This document shows, in pieces, positions 50,237-64,000 of a stretch of 64,000 nucleotides of DNA. The DNA is from Iphione sp. A-MEVVRFRX5. Its lineage: Eukaryota. Positions within the stretch are counted from its first letter, which is position 1; each line of letters opens with the position of its first letter. The position numbers and the translations under genes are program-made. Location: positions 38,192,001-38,256,000 of the forward strand of contig OZ320322.1 in assembly GCA_976226885.1 (NCBI GenBank). The letters run 5' to 3'. The notes beneath the pieces were generated by a model. The model was not told where the DNA came from. It saw only the letters and a list, made by a program, of their open reading frames with translations, and made no database searches.

Positions 50237-52962
50237 TGATTGATCACGTGGGTGACAAGTCGTAAGTGACCAATGGACACTCGGTGCGTCGATTTACGAT
50301 CGCACCAGGAACCGTTAAAATAGCCATTATCTCCCCACGTGACTTACAAAAGAGCCTTTTATTGGCTGAACTAGACACGGTACATGAACACCACTTAAAG
50401 TGGTCGTCTGGTCCCGAACGCAACCATACGTGACAAACTAGCAACGAAGGAGAGAACACAAAATTTACTCAGCGATTGACTCTACTCCGAAAAGACTTGT
50501 AATTAGTGGGAAAAATATCCCATATCGATATGTTTTTCTTCTTGAGAACAATCAGAATCCAGATTTGGGGTCAGCAAAGAACGTTATAAGAATAAGAATA
50601 GGTTAATCACTTCTCCGTAGTTTTACACTCGGAGTTCTTCCAGATATATTTAAATATATAATTGTAAATTTACATACTGTGTTCAATTACTATGTTTTAC
50701 TTGTGTGATATCATCACATAAGTGCACATAATATGCTGTTTGCTTTCCTTAAAGTCATAAAGCCTGACCGGAAGTTAACTGTAAACACAAACACGTCAGT
50801 ATACCTACACTTAAATAATATCTTGTCCCTTGAGGAACAACATACATAGATCTATTGTTTCAGAGTTAGGTATTTAATAGTATTGGAATCATACTCTTAT
50901 TTTAGATATTAGCAAAACGTTGCTTTGAATTTAAATGTTTTAGGAGATCTAATTGGCATTCGTATAAAAATCAAGGTAGAAACATTATTTGGAATATAGC
51001 TCTTTTAACTTCTCTGTTTTTGCTGTCTTTAGATGGAAGGGGATCGTACAAAGTAAAAAAATAATAAAATATTTGCATGCAGTCCGTCCTTATCTGTACA
51101 AAATCAGTTGGTATAGAAAATGTAATTTGCATCATGAAATATCGAATTAGGGAGAATCTATAGAAGATGGGAAATACTCATGTGCCTGCCTACAGAAACT
51201 TTATTGACAGACTGTTTTGATGCACAGTCAATTTGAAGAAACAAATGTTCAAGCTATTAGTACAAATATTACTTTGCATATATGTATAATTCATTATATA
51301 AACAAATTAATCAATCTCTTTACTGTGGTATTACTGCATATGAAAGACGTAATGTAGTTAGAGTTGGTGGACTATACATATAAATATTAATTTATATATA
51401 AAATACGTTATTTTTGTTAACAGTATGGCAACTTGTCAGTTCAAATTATGATGGAATGCAAGACACACAGCTTTATTCCTGAACTTAGTATGATATGTAT
51501 GATTGGTGTATGTTCATACTGGTTTACACTGAAGTTACTGTCTAAAATATGTTCCCCGTTGATTGGTAGAGTATGGGATAGATTAGCCCCGTGTCCTGAA
51601 TAGAGGGGATTTATAGAGTTTCTTGTAAATGACCATGATACTGATAGTGTGTCTACCTTTCACACACCTGTGATCACTTGTATGAACAGCAGGTCCACAT
51701 TGCACAGTGTGTGGCAGATACTCGAAGGCAATGAGGGAGCGGCATGATAGATAGAGTGATAGAAATAAGGGTTAGAAGGTCATGATATTTCAATCTAAAA
51801 AGATCAGGAATTGGAATGATTAAGTGATTACCTCAGCCACTTCAGATGCCAGGCGCGCTTCTCAAATCTTAGCCATTTGACGTTCAATGAGTTGAAGCAT
51901 TGATTAGTTCAGGCCATTATGAAAGGCGCGCACATTACTTATAATAAGGGTATTATATATATCATAGGAGCCAGTTTCCTGCTCCCTGAAGAGGTAACGT
52001 ACCGGATGACCCCGTCCACTGGCGGCTTTTATGCAGCCACTTAACCACTTAGAGCTATTACAGCCCTAGCTGACTTGCGACACAAGGTGATGTATGGAAC
52101 CTATATGTTCTACTTCAGCTCCCTTCCTACAATGTCTGGCCTGCGCAAAACCCACATGTTCGGCCATGGCTTACGTGCAAGAACCACCGCTCCCTGATTA
52201 AAAACCGCACTGCGACTCCAAATTTACAAAGGAAAAACGCCTGCCCGCCCTTATAATTGCTTATCCATATATTACTAACTGCTATGCCGCACTGACGTAT
52301 ATATTAGGCGAGGGAGTTTCATTTCGTACCGACTGAACTCCATCGGTTATATATCCAATCATATGTTAAAAAAAAATAACAAAACCTGCAGCCTTGAGAA
52401 TGGGAGATTCACGCAATTGATTTAAACCTCCCTTACTTATCTTCATCACTGCGATCCGGCTCTGCCATGATTTATCATAATAAATGGCTTCCCCCTGAGT
52501 TCGTGCTGTCAGATTAAGGTACCAGCACAAGCATAAATGGAATAGATTTCGCATGCGACATTTAAGGAAATAATTGAACTGACTAATGCATTAAGATATA
52601 AATAATGTCCAGGAGGTATGAATAATTGAATCGTTAAGTGGCTCTGGAATTATGATGAGGAGGTTTCAAGATGTGACGTGTGGCTTAATGACAACCGAAC
52701 TCAGGATAATCACCGCATTTCAACGTTTTTTCTGGCTTTCGCACAGACAATGCATATGTTTCTGAATTTGTGATGTCCATTTTTTCTCTGATTTCAAATA
52801 TGTGTGTGTCCCATTATCTCGTGCCTAATTATGTTTATATGGGCATATCTTATTGTTCTCCCCTGCCCTCCTTCTCGACCATATTTTGGTTTTTGTATCG
52901 TTGTGTTCTCTCCCGACGTCTTCGTATGCATTGTCTCACAATATTGGCTCCTCATTTGGCCC

Positions 52963-53070
52963 GTCTCCTCTCTATCTCTCTGTCTCTCTTTGTCTCTCTC
53001 TCGTTGTCTCTCTCTCTTTCTCCCTTAAACTGTTTCTCTCTCTCACTCTCTCTCTCACACATACACACTC
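52963..53070. repeat. Degenerate TC-rich microsatellite
   Basis: Direct reading. Confidence 0.85.
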
Positions 53071-54149
53071 TCCCTTTTCATTGTCGGACTCGGTAGGTCT
53101 TTATTTCATTACACTCACAATCTTTACCTATCTTTCACTTCCCCATCCTCTCATTCTCTGTTTCTCCCCTTTATTCTCTGTCCCATATCTCTACCCAAGA
53201 ACTACCACCCCTAGCTCCCATTGCAAGTTCCAGTTGAAAACGAGTAACCACCCGTACTACGCCTATCCTCGGGCACCACCATCTCGTCATTAACTCATCT
53301 AATAACCTCCCCGATAGATTTATGCAAGTTTGCCTTTAACTGAGGTGTAGTTCACCATATTGTCTATGGTGTCTCTGGACCGGGCACTAGTGTCCCATCT
53401 ACTGGTCAGTGGTGGGGTGGTTAGGATGTCCTCCAACTATATCCTTTACAGAGTTGAGTCGGTTGGCCCACTCTGCTGCCCTTACCTGCGGCCGGTCTCC
53501 CCCCTCATTGAACCATTAGTCCAGTAGCCAGGTAACCCCGGCGGGGTATTATTAGGGTTGACAGAGGCTCCTGGCCGGTCATGGGAGTTGATGTACTACG
53601 GGGCTAGGTCTGTCATTGGCCTGGCCCGCGTGCTTTGGGCTTTTGATGAGCGGCCCACCTGCTGCCTGCGACTCTGTCCACCCAGGCAGATAAGACTTGA
53701 TCTATTCCCCCTACTAACTGGCCATTGTCACAACCCACAAGACCCACAATCTTACTTTATAACCGAAGACAGTGACCGCCGCACACAAACCATCCTCCCC
53801 CCCTCGCCAATTGCCAACTCCCCAAGGAGCGTCTACCTGTTACAATAGTTGGGCTCGTCCAATAACAGATCCTGAAGCCAACTCGTGGTCAGTAACGAAT
53901 GGTCTGCGGCGGAAAGGTGGAAAACTTTATAACAATGGAAGTGATTGGAGCATCGCCCAGTCCGGCAAATGACCAATGGTTGGGTGTCCAGTCAAGGATT
54001 GGTGCGGTCAGTTTAGGATTGACACATGACAAGAGGCATCACACTCGTGTTGAGAGCAGAGCTAGGCTGGTATTGGTCGTAATGTAGACAAATAAAGTTA
54101 AAGCTTCATAATGTGGAAGAGTCCACTCTACGAGAATTCAACGTTCACA

Positions 54150-54215
54150 GTTGGCGCAGTAGTAGAGCACAACGACTCTTGATGAAAAACCTGTAGGTTT
54201 AATACCTAGTTTGTG
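54150..54215 (+). mobile_element. tRNA-derived SINE head remnant
   Basis: A-box-like TGGCGCAGTAG and B-box-like GGTTTAATACC about 35 nt apart; no cloverleaf. Confidence 0.35.
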
Positions 54216-54584
54216 TCAGCTAGGTGGTACTTCCTAAGGTAGTAATAGGACACCCTAATGATCTTTACTCCGACATATTACATGCGTCACTCAGACCACA
54301 CAGTTAACTAAGGCCTACATATCTTTATTCCTTAACATTTAGTTTTGCTCAAAAAACATCCACAAATGTTAAGTCCATGCTTTTGAATTCTGTCTCATGT
54401 CTTATGTCTCTTAAGGAGAACACATGTCGCTGGACAAACCTTTTTTAATCAGATATAACTCGGTGCAGCAAGGTTCACAGCTCGAAATATCACCCACTGA
54501 GTGAAGAAAGAGAACCCAACCCGAGGTCAGTGGTCCGTAAAAAGAGATGAAAGAAATGAGAAATATCGCGCATGGCTGCGTCCC

Positions 54585-54599
54585 CAACTAGGGGGCAGC
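54585..54599 (+). promoter_or_regulatory. CTCF-like core site
   Basis: CAACTAGGGGGCAGC, one mismatch to CCACTAGGGGGCAGC. Confidence 0.35.
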
Positions 54600-56519
54600 A
54601 CCTGCAAGTGGTCGTCCATGAAACGAGGGCTATCAGTCATAGTTAGAAACCAATTTCTACATATGACCGTTATAGATATTACATTGTCATACGTATTTAC
54701 TTTTACAAATGACATAATATCCTTCCATACTGAAAACAAACATGACGAGTATAAGACCACACTGTTATAGACGTATGTGCATGGCCACCTACAGAGGAAC
54801 TAACCTATCAGATAAAAAAAACGCATATTAGTTTCGTATCAGCAGACTGGCAATAGAATACATGTACCATGATTTGAGAAAAGATTTCTATAGAAAGGCG
54901 AGGGACTTGAAGGGTTTTGATGAGTGCTGTTCTGGAAATCATTCAATTAATTCAGGATACAACCGCATTATGCCTATTGTAATACTTGCAGATGAGTAAA
55001 AGAAGCACCCGCACATTATTAACATACAATAAACATATTATGTGTCGGAAATCAAATTGGACTTCTACCAAAAGATGGTGGACAAAGTAGTTCGATAACA
55101 TTAATTTCCATTTTACACAGGCATTACAAACTCGATGCCAAAATGAATTCATACCTTTGAACAAACATTATTGTTGGTCAGTCGTTCATGAAAGACAATT
55201 AAAATAATCTACAATCAGAGGTTTGTCAATGAGACTCTGGCATACCACTCCTAACGGGCTCATACGCCAGATGTAACCCTATTTGTATATTATATGGGAC
55301 GTAATCATCACCCATTCAGTGTACGGGAGTTAGATACATAGATAAGGTTTTCTTGAACAGGCTGCGTATCGTGACAGCTGGTCCTCGAGGCCATTGTTCA
55401 GACGGACGCCACCAATACAGATGGCCTCTTGAAAACAATTACATCTGCACAGAGAAGTGTGTATCTAGTCACCAAAAAATGGGAACAGTGCAGCATTACG
55501 TTTTCAAAGAAAGCCAATTGTAATCCACAAACTCCCTAATCAAAACAATCAAAACATTCTGGTGTCTCATTCTGGTCACATTCTCCAGTTTTGAGTATCA
55601 GATCTATCTCTGTCTGTCACTTTATATACATGTCAATCATTTTCTACCTTGATATGTATCGTTATTCGCGGAAACTACGTTTAGATGATATTTTTAAAAA
55701 ATATTTTTTCAAGTATAGACTTTGTTCAATATACATGTAACTACTTTTATTGACATTTATATGCAATATACACCTGGAACTGTACAGGTTTCTATCATCT
55801 GTGTAGAAAATGATCACCCTAATAACCAAGTATTTTTCTTTCTGTTTATTTGCGCCTTTACTAATGTTCATCTAGCTGTCGCCTCCTAGACTAGCTTTCA
55901 ATTCCTATACGGCTCATACATCTATTCGGCCGCCTTTGCAGCCACAGCTAACACGCTCGGGCTCAGAGAATTTTTCACTTTGGTTGCAATGACAGTGCCC
56001 CTGCATCTACTTCTATTTTACAATTCCTCGTGTTTCTCCCTTCGCTGACTTGTTGTGCCTTGTGATCCTCCTAGTCCCTCGCTCTATAACATGATATATT
56101 TGACTACAGCTCCCTTTCTCTCTAAAACTCTCCCTTCCTCTCCACAGTCTCACCCCAACCCTTGCCCGCAGTTCCTCCTGATAATCCATCTGTCTCTCAT
56201 TGTCACGGTCGCGCAGCCGTAAATTCCTTTATTGCTTACTCCCCGGGCAGGAGCCGTTAGTCAGTACCCGGACCAGCGGCCGGTTATTCATTCTGCTCCA
56301 GCGAGGATCGAGTCGATTAAGTCGCCACCGTTTAATAAGGTCGACTTTAATCACCGGCGGCCTGGCTTGTGTGATGCTCATACATTACAGGCTTGGCGCC
56401 TTACATTATGACCACCCGGCACCCACTGGGCAGGATCCATTAGAGCTGGGAGTTAGCGGCCGGGGAATCATAACGATTAGCACCTTCTGTCAAGCCCTCA
56501 GCACCCCGCCCTCCATCTC

Positions 56520-56550
56520 AACACACACACACACACTCTCTCTCTCTCCT
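56520..56550. repeat. (AC)n(TC)n compound microsatellite
   Basis: Direct reading. Confidence 0.9.
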
Positions 56551-56912
56551 CCCTCCCCAAACCTCCTGTCGGCCTCCCGCCCACTACTGGCGTCATGGCT
56601 TCTCCCTGAGGCATGAGCTGTTGAGTCAATGCTGTGTCAATAGATGACCAGCTGCTACATCTGCATGTGACGAGTCGTCAGTGTTATCAAGTGACCAGCT
56701 TCTTCCGAGAAAAGGCTCCCAACGGTGAAGCCTGATCATAAGGGAGGAGGAGGACCATCAAACATGGGCTAGAAAATGAAGTGTGAGGGAAGGGGGGCGA
56801 CCTAAGGATGACTGGAATGAGAGAGAAAAAGAGGATGGGAAGAAGGAGGTAGCTTTATATACGACAGTATACGACCACAAAAGAAAGGAAAGACAGGATG
56901 GATGAAGGGAAT

Positions 56913-56918
<6 letters not shown>

Positions 56919-56996
<78 letters not shown>
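56919..56996. repeat. (GA)n microsatellite, about 38 units
   Basis: Direct reading. Confidence 0.97.
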
Positions 56997-57718
56997 CCAA
57001 TGTAAGGCATATTCGGAATAGAATTCAGAATAGAATTTTCAGAATTATGTGCTCAATACATTAGGCCCTTAATATCTCTGTGCATAATTAAACATTAAAC
57101 TGGGCATGCAGGCAATCACAAAATTATTACTATTTGTAATTCATTGCTATGTGTGTTCGTGTCTCTGTAAAAAAACATCCCTACCACAGACAAGGGGATA
57201 TGCATGGTTTGTATAAACGGAAACAAATGGACCTTGTATGTTTTTTGCACATAAGGATCCATGAATTTGCAAAAAATACAAGAAAAGAGGAATTGACTAT
57301 ACACACATGTAACTAGTGTTGGCATTAGGAAGTTAATAGATAAGACTAAAGTAGGGGTTTTTAACCCTTGGGTCATGGCCCAAAGCTGGGTCACCATGTC
57401 AATTTGAGTGGGTCGCCAAGGATCTAATGCCAGTCCCTTTTCTGTTGTCATATATATTTAGGTGAATTGAGTATAGTACATCCAGTCAGCAAAGACTGTA
57501 ATTTTGTGTCACAGCTGACAAGGGTCAAGAAACCCTGGCCCATAGATATACAATGTATAAGCCTAAACGTCAAAACATTCCTAATTTTACTTAGGCTGTG
57601 TTAACCATTCGTATCTAATGCATTCAATATAAGTTCCTACACATAACAGGATTACAGGATAACTCTGTTTCTACAAGTCACTGGGCACACAGGCTCTTAT
57701 TCACCCGCACGCACATGT

Positions 57719-57848
57719 NNNNNNNNNNNNNNNNNNNNNNNNNNNNNNNNNNNNNNNNNNNNNNNNNNNNNNNNNNNNNNNNNNNNNNNNNNNNNNNNNN
57801 NNNNNNNNNNNNNNNNNNNNNNNNNNNNNNNNNNNNNNNNNNNNNNNN
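57719..57848. other. Assembly gap (130 N)
   Basis: Run of N. Confidence 1.
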
Positions 57849-58840
57849 GATATTCAATTCAAGAGAAAATTACAGTTATAGGTTAGTTGTGTAATTATGT
57901 TCTGTTGATAACTAGCTTCCGAATTAGTCAAGCGAAGTTCTCTGTAAGGTGGTCCCCTGCACCAACATCCAATACCTGTCACAGCTCGAAAGGATTCACA
58001 TTTCTTGCAGGGAGGCCTATTTGGCGTGTGGTATAAGATTCTTCCTGCGTTGAAAGTATCGAGAATCCTTACCTCTCTGAGTACTCACGTGTACCTGTTA
58101 TTTAGGTGTCACCCTGAATATCAATCTCCCTAATATATGCAAGTCAATCATTTTACCCGCACGTTGAGTGACAACAGGGGATGTGGCACTTCCTGTAAAT
58201 TGTTGTTTGTTTTACTTTCTTGTACAAAACTGTCACATTATTGTCATAGTAAAATGAATGCACTTTATTCGTTTGAATATATGTGAGAGGATGGAGAATA
58301 AATTCTCTTTAAAATGGCGAGTTATAGCAGCACATGGCAGGGATCAAATTATTTTAGAGCTATTTTCACTTTCTTTGGCCTAATGTATTCAGCAGTGACA
58401 GTCAGTACAAGGAACCTACAACGTTAAACCACTGCCCACATTTAAGAATACAATGGATGGTAGGGGATACTTTCCTTCTCATTGGGTAGCAACGACGTTG
58501 TCCTGGTTACCGAGGTAGGAACTTGCCTATTCGGAGAAACATGACGCATTAATCAAAGGGGGGTTCTAAGTGGGGTTCTAATCTTAAATTTGTCCACTGA
58601 CTGCCGCGAATCCGAGAACGCAAGTAAATATAGGATTTTTAAGGGGGTACTTCAGAATTCCTTGCAAAGACTTACCAATGAAACTTGCGAATGGCTTATA
58701 TTGTGGTTGTTTACACATATTTTAGGATTCTCTCTCCCCTCCTGGTGCCCCTCCTCTTCCTGGTCCCTCCTCCCTGCGGTCAGCTTCCTCTTTGGCAGGT
58801 GTCCATCACGACCACACCTTGACACTAGGAGGTTATAAGT

Positions 58841-58874
58841 GGTCACCCTGACCCCTCCCTGGGGTCAGAGGTCA
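58841..58874 (+). promoter_or_regulatory. IR3 (ERE core) followed by DR1
   Basis: GGTCA ccc TGACC ... GGGTCA g AGGTCA. Confidence 0.35.
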
Positions 58875-59439
58875 CTCCCTTACTAGGGTGGGGCCTAGGG
58901 GGACACGCCCTCCCCTACAATAGTTTTCCGTTTCTCTGCGTGGGGGCGCGACGGAGTAATCTATGGACATCTAGTTTTACTCGGCGTTTCCTCTGCGCAT
59001 CATTCCCTCGACATGTATGTTTTTGCACAGAGTTGATTGTCTTCACTGTACCGTGATGCTCTAAAACTATATTAGAGTAATACTAAAATTGGTCAAATGG
59101 AAATCAGTATTCACTTGTAATAAGAACTTCCAATTTGTTTAAGGGTTACCTTAGTATATTGACGTTTGCAGTGCGTAATGATATATACATTTGTTCAATT
59201 GTAATTGCAGTGAGACGGTTGGACACTGTCCATCATTACTTTTGTTTGATCGTTCGAACCACTGCAATATAACATATCTACAGATCTCCACTGAACAATG
59301 AAAAGATGTTCGCATTTAGAAATTATAATTGGGGTTTAGTGACTACAAGTCACACACAAAATATAGATAAACGATGCCCAGGCCTGCCAGATAGGAATGA
59401 CTATCATGACGCAATGTTGAATCAACTTCTGGTGAGCGA

Positions 59440-59830
59440 TGAGTATGTCGACTGTTGGCGTTACACCCAGCGTCAGTGTATTCCTTGCTCAAACTGATTT
59501 CAATCTCCTGGTTTGGAGAGACCTATAGAGTCTATAGAGGGTCGGTATCCATATAGGAAAAGAACTCATATACATGTGCATCCTCAAACACATATCCAGC
59601 AAGCATAGCGTCACAGAGATTCTTTGCATAGTCAGACAGTCCCACTAATTCAATACATACGGCCACGATCACACCATTTACAAAGAGCAAACATGTGTCT
59701 CCACTGAAAGACATATTGGAGCCGACTCATCCTGCTCACAAGACAACACTTTCTGGGAGGCTTTCTCTCTCTACAACAGACAGAGAGTCACCATTTAATA
59801 ATCGCTGTTAAAGTTCTCTTTGTTCCCTAT
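59440..59830 (+). mobile_element. Decayed 3' part of a Rex/Babar- or L2-like LINE
   Basis: Translations LLKLISISWFGE and LKDILEPTHPAHKTTLSGR resemble the F.I.CWFG and KIL.DP.HP.H...LPSGR motifs of this clade. Confidence 0.5.
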
Positions 59831-61789
59831 GTCACTGCAATTCAGTACAGACCAGAAAGTATTTTAAGTGACCTAGAATGAAAGTGTAAGGTGCACGATT
59901 TGAGGATAAGGATTTGACATGTTGTTTGTCACACTTAACATCCTAGGTATGTGGAATCCAATGTTAATCTACCAACCGGAATCAGTTGCACAGAAAGGTC
60001 TCCTCTATATGAACAAGACTAGAGGACTCTGACTCGTGTTTTGTTATTTCTGTTGTTCCCCAAAATATTTCTTCCAAAGGCAAAGTGAATGATGTCATAC
60101 GCATCCCAGTACTTCAGGTAATGTTAGTGTTATGCTCGACGGAACTGCAGCGGCTTGTGGTGAGTTATAAGGAAAAAATAGCAGAGAATAGATGTACATT
60201 TTGATTCTCAGTAATGAGGATGTTGTAACAACAGCTTCGGCATTTACGTAGCAAAGCATATTCACATGAGAATGTCTTTGCTCGAAATAAGTCACTGTTT
60301 CACCAGTGCATACTCTGAAAGGGAAACTAAAAGAATGTTTGATCTTCAATGTACATATACTCCCTTTGGGCATGTCTAGCATAGACACGTCAAGCAATGA
60401 TCGATATGAGCCTCTCTGAGTAGGATGGGCAGTTCTCGCCTAATGGTCGATCTTTGCTTTGATTATTCCCAGCTACAAGTATGGCTTCCTTCATACTTAC
60501 CAGAATACTTCCGATGCAGCAGCTCAGAACAATTTGGTGGATTTGGTATCGAGAGAGGAGACAAACGTTTATAATGTTAGGGATACACAGATACAAAGAG
60601 AATGATACCAGATATATACATATAATATTATTATTTCGTCAGCCAGACAGAACCAACTATGAATAAGTTAATAATGTAGTTTGCAATGTTACTCGAAATT
60701 TGAAGAGAACATTTGGTCTGTTTTGTAGCATAGGAGCCAACATTTGATACACTCATGACCCATTCTGGCCAACTCTTTATCAAGGTTAAGTTTAATGTCC
60801 ATGTACATGTATACATTTTTTAACACTGTGGCAATATATTTTCACTGTGGTTTGGGGTCACATAGGAGAACAGCGGGAGTGTATCCTGCAAGCATGTTTC
60901 ATGTATCATGTGTGCATATGGCAAGTTTTCAAATTAGGAAAGTTCCCAATCTGCTATACTCTCATAACTGTGAATACATGTTTTTTTAATGGGAACTATA
61001 GTAATCCATGGGGTGATACATAATCAATGTGCTACACATGTACATATGAACACACTGACACGATGAGATATTTCACAGTGTTTCACAATGTCCAAACACA
61101 CTACAAACTACGAACACACAGAGGAATCAAGCCTTACATTTATTCAGTCTGATCACAATCAAGAACCTTGCATCAGACTAGCTGGAATCAACTCCAGAAC
61201 AATTTCAAAACATGTAACCAAAAGTGTATGACTATCAAAATGCAAGTGCCAGATACCATTTTATCTTTTCAAAGAGGCATTCAGCATCAACTGCTCAAGG
61301 CCAAATATCCTTGTATCTAACCATGGATTGAGGGATCCATTGTGTGTTGTGTGTGAATATTTAAGAGGCTAATGCATGACACATGATTTTTTTTACAAAT
61401 GATGTATGATTTATCTATACACAATTTGGGTATATGGATGTTGGGCCTTAAGACACAATCCCTTTGTGCATGTCTGTGCATCATATATTATGTAGCAGCA
61501 TCAATACGTTCAAGATAACTCCCCGTTCACCAATATCTTTGGATATACGCTAGGCCTAGCTTCCATACATGTATTGGTGTCCGTGTGTGTTGCAGTGTAT
61601 TACAGTGCAGTGCATACTTATAGAATAGGTTAAAATCAATGGAAGGCGTCCCATTCGTGCATTGGCATACATCTCTGTTATGGTGCATTGGTGTCTTTGG
61701 TCTCATTATCAGTAATCGCAGAAAACAGACACCAATGCACACATAGAATATAGCGTATCTTTTAAAGTTTACAATTTATAAAATATGCT

Positions 61790-62470
61790 CCAGAATTCTT
61801 TCATTATTTTACTACATCTTACACCCCCAACCAATGGCAGGTTATTCCACCATTTTACAGCAATTTGAAAAAATGATTTTCTAACAAGTCTGTTTTTTTA
61901 CCTTTGTAATACAATTATGTTTGTTCTGCCTGATCTAGTCTTTGTTCTCGCTCTCATTTCAATTCCGTTATATATTGCTAAGCGATATCATGACCTACAA
62001 GGTAGCTTTTCTTATACGGTCATCCAGATTATCTATATTCTTAATTAAAATGGGATTCTCTGCATTACTCTTGGGTTTTTAACAGATCATCATATGGGCT
62101 TATTTTTGGTAGGCTCTTTTTAGCTTACCCAAGGAGTGTTCATTGATACCACATATTAAAAGAGATATAGTCTAAGCGAGGGTTAATAATTATATAATTT
62201 AGATGGATTAATTCTTACTTCCTTTGGTATAAATTTCTAAAGTTTACTTATGCTGTTACCCACATTTTGCTTATAGTATCATCAACTGATTCCTTCTATG
62301 TTAATATTTCATGGAGTACATATCCAAGAGTTGTAATGGAATGCTACTGTTTTAATACGTGACCATCATAGTCAATGCTCATTGTCACAATCCGTGCTAC
62401 CTATCACACAGAATGAGCTTTTCTCATGACTTGGGATAAGCTAAGGATGATAGTCTCAAATATATGTTAA
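61790..62470 (-). mobile_element. Decayed 3' part of a CR1/L2/Crack-type LINE reverse transcriptase
   Basis: Interrupted translation includes IDYDGHVLKQ*HSITTLGYVLHEILT*KESVDDTISK and KSFFQIAVKWWNNLP, matching the LGV.LD..L.W..HI and SF.Y.A...WN.LP motifs of LINE RT C-termini. Confidence 0.75.
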
Positions 62471-64000
62471 GTTATGTAATATAGAGCACATATCTGCACA
62501 ATTCCAATCAGTTTCACCCTTTTTCAGGATTCTTGGTGCTGTGGGTGGGTGAGGATGTGCTGCGGTTGGTGAATGTAAGAGACAGGCATTGCACTGGTAT
62601 ATTATGTTGTGTAAGGCTGGGGCATTGGTGTGACCACCTTGTAACTCATTGTAGGGCTGACTCATGGCTAGTCAAACCCCTTACTATTAGAGTCTTCACA
62701 ATGTACCCATGTTCTGGCTGTACAAAGAATTGTAACTTTAATAGGGGGCCAGTGTGACCTGGGAAGAAGTATTTGATTACACTTATATAGAACATGAGTG
62801 AGTACATGGACTAGGACTATCTGTATAAAGCTTGGGTGTTGGTTCTGACCCCCCCTGTAACCTTTTGTGCAGCTGACTGCAGGTGGGCTAACCCCTTACC
62901 TCTGGGTCTTCACATTTAATCGTGGGTCCTAAACTGGTCTATGGACTATAACCTTTGGGAGCTGGTATGGCCTGGACTATCTACCCTGGTCAGACCCCTA
63001 TACCCACAAGCCAAGAGTAGATCCAGGCTGCATGAAGGCTGTAACCACAGTGAGGGGGGCCAGGTAGACCTAGAAAGCTTGGTCTATCTTGGGTCTACCA
63101 TAAGGAGTTGAGTCCTGCCACCGGGGGTTTTGCACCCACTGTAACGCCTCACTTGGGTGGGGGTGTGGTGAGCATAGTGGTCTGTGTTACACTGCATTGA
63201 AAAACAGCTCACTCCTCTGAATTGGCTGTTCTATGTCACCTGCCAATCACTCTATGCCTGAGCAAGCAAGCAGTGCCACCACTGCTCCCCCAATGTATTG
63301 CAACTCAGGGTAGTTCTCCCATGCTATGGCCCAGCTGTGGTCTAGGTTGGAAGATGCTTAGCAGTCCAGTTGCAGCAGATGCTGTACACAATGCAGACCT
63401 GAGAGGTCACATGGTACACTGATTCCCAGCACCAGTGGGGTGCCCTGCCACCAGGAACAGAAATGGCAGGGGGGGGAGGGACCTGAGCATAGCTGTTTTG
63501 GTGCAACATGTGTCTCAGCATTGTCTCCCAAGGACAAATGACTTGCCCTTCCCCTAGAACTACATTACGTCGCAAAAAGACACACCAGAAACAGGCCTAC
63601 CTCACTGGCAAAGGTCAGGCAAGCCCTTTGAGGTCGATGCCCAAACCCCACAGTCAAGTTAAGTCAAGTCTGCCATTTTGCACCATTTTGGGCCAAATTT
63701 ACAACAGTTTTGTCATTTTGGGTTAAATTGGCATCAGTTCCACCATTTTCCTGCCAGATTTATATCAAATTCACTGATTTTTATATGGTAACTTTAATTA
63801 TACATTATCTAACATATGGTCCTCTGTACTTCCCTTAATAGTACATTCAGACACTGCTGCGCAATGTTATTCAATGCACACAAACACGAGCCCGATGGAC
63901 AACCCTATGCATGAGGGTTCAGGAAAAATATACCTGGCGAGAGACCTACACCAGAGCCACAGGTTTCCACAGAGTTCCGCCAATATGGAATCTGGATCTT

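Noticed and set aside
33520-62480. PAR-bZIP D-boxes (TTAYGTAA) suggesting a circadian gene
   Set aside because: About 5 sites seen, roughly the chance expectation for an AT-rich 8-mer.
62800-63600. Gypsy LTR-retrotransposon remnant
   Set aside because: Only scattered hints (SRPYQLP, SWYG); no RT, RNase H or integrase motif is recoverable.
1-64000. CRISPR array, intact tRNA/rRNA, or conserved bilaterian miRNAs (let-7, mir-10, mir-9, mir-124 and others)
   Set aside because: No repeat-spacer periodicity, no cloverleaf, and no mature miRNA sequence noticed on reading; the manual scan was not exhaustive.

Overview
This is eukaryotic (metazoan) genomic DNA, almost entirely non-coding. It is AT-rich with local GC-rich patches, has spliceosomal GT-AG signals, (TC/GA)n microsatellites, decayed LINE/SINE/MITE pieces and a 130-N assembly gap. 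The frequent TACATGTA motif and repeat style suggest an invertebrate such as a lancelet (inference only). No complete protein-coding gene, rRNA, intact tRNA or CRISPR array is supportable, and nearly all supplied ORFs look like noise. The window appears to hold the 5' regulatory end of a large minus-strand gene whose shared exons probably lie left of position 1, so the gene cannot be named. Two linked patterns stand out. (1) A series of candidate alternative first coding exons lies between about 14.3 and 45.1 kb, each running ATG to splice donor and each ending in intron phase 0. (2) An unrecognised bipartite motif, TGCGCAT-N6-GGTCCC, occurs 10 times (7 exact, 3 with one mismatch), all in one orientation between 34.1 and 49.2 kb, and often just upstream of those exons. 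This suggests serially duplicated promoter/first-exon cassettes. Also present are six E-box/CCAAT composites at 11-12 bp spacing, many TCAYGTGA boxes, two CArG boxes, nuclear-receptor elements (IR1, IR3, DR1), a possible divergent plus-strand unit, and a three-exon pseudogene nested in the intron. All exon calls rest on sequence signals only and are unvalidated.
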